Assembly: GCA_041662705.1 (NCBI GenBank)
Contig: JBAZRY010000003.1
Span: 15,532 to 79,531, forward strand
Direction: 5' to 3'
DNA length: 64,000 nucleotides
Origin: Bacteriovorax sp.
Lineage (GTDB): Bacteria; Bdellovibrionota; Bacteriovoracia; Bacteriovoracales; Bacteriovoracaceae
The stretch's first letter is position 1. Every line of letters begins with the position of its first letter. The position numbers were made by a program, and so were the translations under genes. Shown here one piece after another: positions 57,367-64,000 of the stretch. The notes beneath the pieces were generated by a model that saw only the letters and a list, made by a program, of their open reading frames with translations, had not been told where the DNA came from and made no database searches.

Positions 57367-59124
57367 ATGAATAAAAGAGAAGAAAAAAAATCACACTTTT
57401 CAACCTTTGATGGTGAAAAACTAGTTTATCGTTCATGGACGCCAAGTCGTGATTCAGTTGGTGAGAAAAAAGCCCTTATTGTCATTCATCGCGGACATGA
57501 GCATTCCGGACGATTGATTGAACTCATTGAAGGAATTAATCAGCCAGAATGCTGGGCATTTGGGTACGATTCTCGCGGGCACGGTGAATCCGGCGGCCCC
57601 CGCGGATATGCACCAAGCTTTTCTCATATAGTGAAAGATCTTGATACTTTTGTTAAATTTATCAGCAAAGAATACCAGATAAAAATTGAAAATATTTTTA
57701 TCGTTGCCAATAGCGTGGGTGCAGTCGTTGCCAGCGCCTGGGTGCATGACTACGCTCCCAATATAAGAGGAATGGCCCTTGCCGCTCCGGCTTTTGAAAT
57801 TAAACTTTATGTCCCGCTTGCTTTGTCTGGTTGTCGTCTTCTGGATGCCGTTAAACATCCGGCGTATATTTCAAGCTATGTAAAATCAAAATTCTTAACT
57901 CATGACCCGGTTGAGCAAAAAAAATACGATGAAGATAAATTAATCACGCCGCAAATTGCAGTGAATATTCTGGTAGGCCTTCATGACACTTCAGAAAGAG
58001 TCGTTAAAGACGCCGGGGCCATTCATGTGCCAACGATCGTTTTCTCGGCCGGAAGTGACTGGGTAGTAAAGAATGGTCCCCAGAAAACATTTTTTGATAA
58101 TTTAAGTTCAAAGAAAAAAGAATTTATTGTGCTAGATGGATTTTATCATGGTGTTCTTTATGAAAAAGACCGTCAACTTCCTTTTGGGCATATTCATCGT
58201 TTTATCAACGAATGTTTTAATGCAAGTGTAGCAACAGTAGACATGATTGCTGCTGACAAACAAGGCTATACATACAATGAATATAAAACAATTCAGGCCG
58301 GTGATGTAAATATTTTTAACAAAATTAATTATGCTATCCAGGTGCTTTCAATGAAAACACTCGGAATGCTGTCTGTCGGAATTCGCATTGGTTATAAATA
58401 CGGCTTTGATTCAGGTATATCTCTTGACCATGTTTATAAAAATAAGGCACGAGGGGAAATGCTAATCGGAAAAATTATTGATTTTTTCTATATCAATGCC
58501 GTAGGATGGAAAGGAATTCGTGCACGTCGTGTTCACATGAGAGAGTCGCTTAATTACTGTATCGATGAACTCATTAAAGAAGGCAAGCCAGTTCGTATTA
58601 TGGATATTGGATCCGGTCCAGGCAGATACTTGCTTGAAACAGCTAAGAAATATGAAAAAAATGACATAAAAGTTTTATTGCGAGATTACTCCGACAGCAA
58701 TATTAAAGAAGCTCAGGAAATTGCCAAAGATATTGGTTGCACCAACGCAGAATTTAAGGTTGCCGATGCATTTGATCCTAATACTTATAAAGAGCAGGCA
58801 TTTAAGCCAAATATTTTAATTGTGTCAGGGCTCTTCGAGTTATTTCCAAGCAATGAAACTGTTTTAAAAGCTGTAAATGGGGCAACATCCATATTGGAAA
58901 AAGATGGATTTATCGTTTATACCGGTCAACCTTGGCACCCTCAACTTGAGATGATTGCTCATACACTTCCCAACAGAGAAGGTGTTAACTGGGTTATGAG
59001 ACGAAGAACGCAGCTGGAAATTGATCAGATTTTTGCTGTGAACGGAGCAGATAAGCTTGATATGAAAATTGATCAATGGGGAATTTTTACTGTAGCGACA
59101 GCAAAATTTAAAAAGAGTGCATAG
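57367..59124 (+). CDS. ynbC: Bifunctional alpha/beta hydrolase - class I SAM methyltransferase (YnbC type)
   Basis: HRGHEHSGR, RGHGES.G.RG, ANSVGA...WVHDYAP, GFYH; DIGSGPGRY, SGLFELF, YTGQPWHPQLE.IA, WVMRRRTQ.E, GIFTV. Confidence 0.9.
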   Translation: MNKREEKKSHFSTFDGEKLVYRSWTPSRDSVGEKKALIVIHRGHEHSGRLIELIEGINQPECWAFGYDSRGHGESGGPRGYAPSFSHIVKDLDTFVKFISKEYQIKIENIFIVANSVGAVVASAWVHDYAPNIRGMALAAPAFEIKLYVPLALSGCRLLDAVKHPAYISSYVKSKFLTHDPVEQKKYDEDKLITPQIAVNILVGLHDTSERVVKDAGAIHVPTIVFSAGSDWVVKNGPQKTFFDNLSSKKKEFIVLDGFYHGVLYEKDRQLPFGHIHRFINECFNASVATVDMIAADKQGYTYNEYKTIQAGDVNIFNKINYAIQVLSMKTLGMLSVGIRIGYKYGFDSGISLDHVYKNKARGEMLIGKIIDFFYINAVGWKGIRARRVHMRESLNYCIDELIKEGKPVRIMDIGSGPGRYLLETAKKYEKNDIKVLLRDYSDSNIKEAQEIAKDIGCTNAEFKVADAFDPNTYKEQAFKPNILIVSGLFELFPSNETVLKAVNGATSILEKDGFIVYTGQPWHPQLEMIAHTLPNREGVNWVMRRRTQLEIDQIFAVNGADKLDMKIDQWGIFTVATAKFKKSA

Positions 59125-59126
59125 TT

Positions 59127-60128
59127 ATGCCAAATACAAAAAATAATAAAGATCTGAAAGTGTATTTTGACCTGATGCTTGCCAACGGTGCATCTTCTCT
59201 TTACAGAATTGTCCAGGAAATGGAAATTCTTAATGCATACAGGCCGGGTGAGATCTTCTCAGCAACAGATCTGGCTGAGAAGCATCAGTTTAAAGTCGGA
59301 CCGACCAAGGTATTACTTGATTCACTTTCAACAATGGGTCTTGTGGTAAAAAAAGGCGAGAGCTACTCAATTTCAAATGTTATGCATCTTCTTAAAGGGA
59401 ATTATCAGAATTTAAGTTCTGAGTACTGGGCGCATTTGCCCACATTGCTCAAGTCCGGAACGCCCTTTAAAAAAATGGATGCCGTTGAAAATAGTGAAAA
59501 GGAATATCAGGTTCAGGTAAAATCGCTTGAGTGGATGATGGGGCCTTGTGCTGAACTAACCGCTCAGATGGTGTCTGAACTTTATCCGGAAAAGGAAACC
59601 AAAAATGCTTCTATCAATGTGCTGGATGTTGGGGCCGGCTCAGGCGTATGGGGATTTAATTTTCTTTATGCCAATCCCAATGCAACTTGTACCCTGGCCG
59701 ACTGGCCCGCGGTACTAAAAGTAGCTAGAGATACTTCGGAGAGAAATAAGATTTCAAGTCGAGTGAGTTATATCGAGGGGAATTTTCATCAGACTAATTT
59801 TGGTGAGCCACGGTTTGATTACGCGACTTTGGGAAATGTTACCCATATCCAGACACCTGACGAAAATAAAAATATTTTCAAAAAAATATATAATGCTCTT
59901 TTGCCAGGAGGCAGGCTCATCATACTCGATGCCTATGGCAAAGTAGAAGAAGGAGCAATGGCACGTGCTCTTTATCAGATGGGGCTTACGATCAGAACGG
60001 TACAGGGCAAGGTATATCAGCCTGAGGAACTGGAGCCATGGTTAAAAGAAGCAGGTTTTACCTCTTTTGAATTTCATTCAATTGATGTTGTACCTCATTC
60101 AATGGGAATGTTCATTGCAAAAAAATAA
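59127..60128 (+). CDS. SAM-dependent O-methyltransferase (dimerisation domain + Methyltransf_2)
   Basis: VLDVGAGSGVW, ADWPAVL, GNF, NV.H, L.PGG.L.I.D. Confidence 0.8.
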   Translation: MPNTKNNKDLKVYFDLMLANGASSLYRIVQEMEILNAYRPGEIFSATDLAEKHQFKVGPTKVLLDSLSTMGLVVKKGESYSISNVMHLLKGNYQNLSSEYWAHLPTLLKSGTPFKKMDAVENSEKEYQVQVKSLEWMMGPCAELTAQMVSELYPEKETKNASINVLDVGAGSGVWGFNFLYANPNATCTLADWPAVLKVARDTSERNKISSRVSYIEGNFHQTNFGEPRFDYATLGNVTHIQTPDENKNIFKKIYNALLPGGRLIILDAYGKVEEGAMARALYQMGLTIRTVQGKVYQPEELEPWLKEAGFTSFEFHSIDVVPHSMGMFIAKK

Positions 60129-60488
60129 ATGAAAGCACTTGATTCACAGGCGATTCCGATTCTTCTTATCTTAGTGGCCGCATTTATCGGGGCATGTGCT
60201 CAGTATTTTTTCAAAGTTGGATCACTGAAAATTATTGAAGTGCCAATTTATAAAAATTGGTTTTTCTTAGCAGGGCTCGTTTCTTTTTTCTGGGTGCTGG
60301 TTCTGATAACCATGTCCTTTCGCTTCGGCGGGATGATGATGGTTGTCTATCCTGCCTATGGAACAACTTATATATGGGCGCTCCTTATTTCACATTATTT
60401 TGACAAAGCACCGCTCAATTATGTTCAGATCAGTGGTATATTCTGTATTATTTTAGGAATCGGTCTTGTGAGTTATCAGAAAAATTAA
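60129..60488 (+). CDS. SMR/EamA (DMT) 4-TM transporter, ArnE/ArnF-flippase-like
   Basis: 119 aa, four hydrophobic helices, Q.F.K.G, YP.Y...YIW..L.S. Confidence 0.65.
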   Translation: MKALDSQAIPILLILVAAFIGACAQYFFKVGSLKIIEVPIYKNWFFLAGLVSFFWVLVLITMSFRFGGMMMVVYPAYGTTYIWALLISHYFDKAPLNYVQISGIFCIILGIGLVSYQKN

Positions 60489-61072
60489 GTCAGTGCCTTT
60501 CTTATCCTATTATAGATAGTGACTAACAGCAGAACTGCCACGGCGGAAATAATGATAGTGTAAATTCTTTCCTGAACAACGCCAAAACAAATCATTATTG
60601 CCATAATACTAAAAACAAAAGCACGGTCGCTCTTTCCCATGGGGCCAGCGAATTGTCGCGGTCTTGAGATATGAAAGGCCGCCAATCCAGTTACTTCTGT
60701 CAGAGCGGAAAAAAAAATAATGAATAACAAAAGATAAGTGCTGATAAAAGAAAAACGCAAAAATGCAAAATAGAGGAATCCATCTGAAACAACATCAGTC
60801 ACTTCATTTAGTATGGCCCCCATGGGCGTTTTTAAATCATGTTCTTTTGCCAGCATCCCGTCGATTGCGTTAAGTGCCATTCTCACGAAAAAAAAGAAAG
60901 GAAGAATAATAAACATTTCGGTTTCTGCCATAAACAAAAAAAGTCCTACGGCGACAGAAAGAAGGCATGTGACCAGAGTTATCTGGTTGGGAGTTATGCC
61001 CATTTTCCAGATGGCTACGACAAATGGCCTTAACATGTTTTGAAACTTTGGCTTCAGATCATAAATGGTCAT
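60485..61072 (-). CDS. ynbA: CDP-alcohol phosphatidyltransferase (YnbA type)
   Basis: YDLKPKFQ..LRP, TPNQIT, RMALNAIDGMLA, GAILNE..DV.SD, GPMGKSDRA. Confidence 0.9.
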   Translation of the reverse strand: MTIYDLKPKFQNMLRPFVVAIWKMGITPNQITLVTCLLSVAVGLFLFMAETEMFIILPFFFFVRMALNAIDGMLAKEHDLKTPMGAILNEVTDVVSDGFLYFAFLRFSFISTYLLLFIIFFSALTEVTGLAAFHISRPRQFAGPMGKSDRAFVFSIMAIMICFGVVQERIYTIIISAVAVLLLVTIYNRIRKALT

Positions 61073-61740
61073 GTAATGTCCTTTGGAAACTTTTGATTGA
61101 CCGAAAAATTGCTCATGACCTGTATTTGAGATCCGCTTTGTATGGTCGTACCCGGACCCATTTTTGTGAATGCGCCGATGAAGCAGTTGCTCCCAATTTT
61201 TATTTTCTTAATATAGACAAAAAATCTGCCGTTCTTAACTCTCAACAAGTGGGATGACATATAAGTATTGTGACCGAAAATGACAAAATCCCCTACATCC
61301 ATAAGACTCCTGTCATTTACGATTGTTCCTGGTGTCCAGAAAACATTTTTTCCAATTTTTGAGCCCCATAAACGCAGCCACCCGCTATAAAGTCCTGGCA
61401 AATAGAATAAGAGTCGCTCTAGTTGCGGGAAGACAAGATAAATTTGCTGAACCCGCAACGAAAAAAGCCAGGGAGAAAAACTTTTTTCATCGAGCCCAAT
61501 ATATACACCGCCTTCCTTTATTGGATAGATGCCAAGGACAATACGCTGGATTAAAAGCGGAAGGAAATAGGGTAGGAGTAAAAATGCCGCAAAAAAATAT
61601 AAGTTTTTAGTGAGTACAAATTGAGCAAAACAAGTGATCATAATTGAAAAAAATATTAATGGAAAAAAATGCTGTAAGCGTTTAAATAAAAAATTTAGGA
61701 TATGATCTTTATAAGTTGTCATATTAAAATTATAATTCAT
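61069..61740 (-). CDS. Membrane-anchored hexapeptide-repeat (LbH) acyltransferase-like protein
   Basis: N-terminal TMs; WLRLWGSKIG, hexapeptide repeats (VGDFVIFG, IGSNCFIG). Confidence 0.7.
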   Translation of the reverse strand: MNYNFNMTTYKDHILNFLFKRLQHFFPLIFFSIMITCFAQFVLTKNLYFFAAFLLLPYFLPLLIQRIVLGIYPIKEGGVYIGLDEKSFSPWLFSLRVQQIYLVFPQLERLLFYLPGLYSGWLRLWGSKIGKNVFWTPGTIVNDRSLMDVGDFVIFGHNTYMSSHLLRVKNGRFFVYIKKIKIGSNCFIGAFTKMGPGTTIQSGSQIQVMSNFSVNQKFPKDIT

Positions 61741-61766
61741 ATTTCAAAATAGAAAATGAGGAATCA

Positions 61767-63128
61767 TTGAGTTCAACCATAAAAAACATGAAAGACAAAA
61801 GAAAAGCGGTAACACCGCCCAGGGATTTTTTCTGGGGTGCGATCACCGGGCATGGCTTAAGTCTTCGTCAGGGCAGATTGAATTATATGTATGCCTGCCT
61901 AAAACAGTATGGTGATTTCATCATCATGTTTTTGGGTAAAAAAAGAACGATACTTGTAAATGATCCAGATGGGCTGAAGTATGTTCTCTTGGATAACAGT
62001 AAAAATTATCCCAAAAATACACCCGGCTATCAAAAAGTGGCCGAAGTTCTCGGGCAGGGAGTTTTTACAGACGTCGGAGAGGAATGGAAAAAAGGCAGGA
62101 GAGTTATTCAGCCTACATTTAATCCGAGCAAATTTGATCACTATTATGAACTGGTTTTTGATGAATCAAGTAAGTCAGTTGAAAAAATGCGGGCAGAATA
62201 TTCGACCAATAAGACCTTTAATATCAATTCAATTTCCACCGCATATGCCTTGCATGTAATTGGCAGAAGTCTGTTCAACCAGACCCTTGCCGAAAGTTTT
62301 CAGGTTATCAGCAGGAATCTCTCACATTTGATAGATCTTACTGAAAAGAAAATGACTTATGTCACGCCATTTAAAACACCTGCAAAAATGAAGCTCGAAA
62401 AAGATTTTAATGAAACGCTTGCTTTGCTTGATGGGGAAATAGAAAAAATTATTGAGAAAGAAAAAACAAAACCAATGAATCCGAAAGAGAATATGATTCA
62501 TGCTTTGCTTGTCTCGCCTCTTAATTTTACAGGAAAAAAAATACTTTCTCAGGTTAAAACCATGATTTTTGCCGGTCATGAAACGACGGCAAATGTTATC
62601 ACCTGGAGCTTTTATTTCCTTGCGCTTCATCCAAAATGGCAGGAGAAAATATTCAACGAATTCAGGGAAAAAAAATTCGTTATAGGAAAAGAAGAAGACC
62701 TCGAACAATTTATTTATTTAAATTTGTTTTTAAAAGAAGTTCTAAGAATGCGTCCGCCGGCATGGTCTTTTGGGAGAGTGGCCATATCGCATGACAAAAT
62801 TCATGGTGAAGATATTTTTCCTGGCGATCTGATTTCAATTTCTCCTTTTCTCATTCATCATCATCCGGACTATTGGGAAAATCCTGAAGACTTCAATCCT
62901 GAGCGCTTTATCAATCCGCCTGCTGATTATACTTTTATTCCCTTTGGCCTCGGACCAAGAGTGTGTATGGGGGAGCGTCTTGCAAACTTAGAAATGTGCA
63001 TGTTCTTACTCCATGTCATTAAAAATTTCTCATTTATATTTTCTGAGCGGACTCAAAATGTAAAGATGAATGCTCAGGTATCTTTGCGACCAAATCAGGA
63101 TATTTACCTTGATATGATCTTAAGATAG
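61767..63128 (+). CDS. Cytochrome P450
   Basis: AGHETTA I-helix, EVLR, FNPERF, PFGLGPRVCMG heme-Cys motif; TTG after GAGGA. Confidence 0.95.
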   Translation: MSSTIKNMKDKRKAVTPPRDFFWGAITGHGLSLRQGRLNYMYACLKQYGDFIIMFLGKKRTILVNDPDGLKYVLLDNSKNYPKNTPGYQKVAEVLGQGVFTDVGEEWKKGRRVIQPTFNPSKFDHYYELVFDESSKSVEKMRAEYSTNKTFNINSISTAYALHVIGRSLFNQTLAESFQVISRNLSHLIDLTEKKMTYVTPFKTPAKMKLEKDFNETLALLDGEIEKIIEKEKTKPMNPKENMIHALLVSPLNFTGKKILSQVKTMIFAGHETTANVITWSFYFLALHPKWQEKIFNEFREKKFVIGKEEDLEQFIYLNLFLKEVLRMRPPAWSFGRVAISHDKIHGEDIFPGDLISISPFLIHHHPDYWENPEDFNPERFINPPADYTFIPFGLGPRVCMGERLANLEMCMFLLHVIKNFSFIFSERTQNVKMNAQVSLRPNQDIYLDMILR

Positions 63129-63335
63129 GGCCCCTAAAGAACAGTCTAAGTTACAGATTTTTAAATGCTTAAACTGAATCGACCTATTTTGTGGTCGAAA
63201 TCCAAACCTTAAGACTGGAAGCATTTTTGTAAGGTATTAAAAATTCAACAACTCCCTAAATTTATCCGATAGAACCGTAGAATACTAACTGTTGTTATTC
63301 ATTAACTTGAAGCAGTTTTAATTGAAGGATTACCT

Positions 63336-64000
63336 ATGAAAAACTCATTCTTAATTTTGGTTTTGCTGCCGCTATTATTTATTGGAGGTTGTTCCAGTAA
63401 AGGGAAGGGTACGCCGACAAAGTTTAAGTTAAAAGTTGCAAGTTTAACCGGTACTGTAAACGGCATTGCAATCAGTGACGGGGTTTTGTACGGAAGATCA
63501 GATTTGGGTGCTTTCTTTGCCCATAAAATTAATACGTCGTCTGAAACTTTAGATATGCCTAATGGTAATTGGACCTTCCATGCATTTATTTGGGATGCCG
63601 CCAATGGTGCAACTGCGATGAATGGTAATATTTATTGTGCGACTACAACCGCTGCATTGGCCGGTACTGATGTTAATCTTTCTCTTACTCTTAATAATGC
63701 AAATTGTTCCAGTCCTGCCTTCTCTGATGGCAAAACTTATTTAGATACACAAACGCCGACTGCGTTTTATCGATTTGCAGAATTTTTCTTCGAAGATTGT
63801 GATGTTGTTCCGACTGCTCCTGATTATGCCTGTGGTCTCAAAAATATGGGGAATGCACTTTCATATAAAGTTGTCTTTCAAGAATACAGTTCTGGGTTTG
63901 CACCTGCTTCTGGATTTATTGATTCATACTGTGTAGCGGTTGGTACAGGAAGTCCGGATGTGTTTGGTTTTAGCAGCAAAGGTTTGCCGGTCAATTTCCC
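63336..64000 (+). CDS. Cysteine-rich lipoprotein of unknown function (runs off right edge)
   Basis: Not in ORF track; ATG after GAAGGA; MKNSFLILVLLPLLFIGG|CSS lipobox; frame open to 64000. Confidence 0.75.
   Translation, partial: MKNSFLILVLLPLLFIGGCSSKGKGTPTKFKLKVASLTGTVNGIAISDGVLYGRSDLGAFFAHKINTSSETLDMPNGNWTFHAFIWDAANGATAMNGNIYCATTTAALAGTDVNLSLTLNNANCSSPAFSDGKTYLDTQTPTAFYRFAEFFFEDCDVVPTAPDYACGLKNMGNALSYKVVFQEYSSGFAPASGFIDSYCVAVGTGSPDVFGFSSKGLPVNF

Noticed and set aside
44688-60128. Prodigiosin/tambjamine cluster (PigC-, PigE-N- and PigF-like genes)
   Set aside because: No prolyl-carrier, proline dehydrogenase, PKS, seryl-transferase or aminotransferase genes for bipyrrole synthesis
2560-62708. 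The many short ORFs nested in or antisense to long genes
   Set aside because: They lie within well-supported CDSs and have no recognisable motifs; treated as spurious
44688-63128. Phosphonolipid or core sphingolipid synthesis locus
   Set aside because: No PEP mutase, phosphonopyruvate decarboxylase or serine palmitoyltransferase in the window
63246-63272. Third sigma28 promoter (TCCGATAG)
   Set aside because: The -35 match at the correct spacing is only 3/8
63302-63604. 100-aa minus-strand ORF in the track
   Set aside because: Antisense shadow of the plus-strand lipoprotein, which has an SD and a lipobox

Overview
Bacterial chromosomal window with no rRNA, CRISPR array, integrase or transposase. 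The gene repertoire (secreted S1/S8 proteases, orphan Flp-type pilin, GYF-domain membrane protein, tmk-holB-ricT, many cysteine-rich exported hypotheticals) suggests a Bacteriovorax/Bdellovibrionota-like predator; this is inference, not a database result. Positions 1-41.6 kb are mostly housekeeping: rRNA methyltransferases, prfC, a fused GcvPA-PB, asnS, ricT-holB-tmk, waaA, fadI-fadJ, a lolC/E-like permease, tex, tRNA-CAT, tilS-ftsH-folP and pyrC. Accessory items in that part are a ~263-bp repeat element with terminal inverted repeats, a Kazal lipoprotein, a 719-aa exported protein with a permuted papain-like domain, and tandem subtilases. The most notable region is an ~18.4-kb, 15-gene lipid-modifying cluster at 44688-63128. 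It encodes an RPH/PigC-type dikinase, OleC-like AMP ligase, UbiA-type transferase, YghO-like GNAT, DAGK-family kinase, fatty-acyl-reductase-type SDR, acyl-ACP-reductase-like fusion, BtaA-like DUF3419, YnbA/YnbB/YnbC, an O-methyltransferase, an SMR/EamA flippase-like protein, an LbH acyltransferase and a cytochrome P450. I know of no characterized pathway with this combination. All family calls come from motif recognition by eye.
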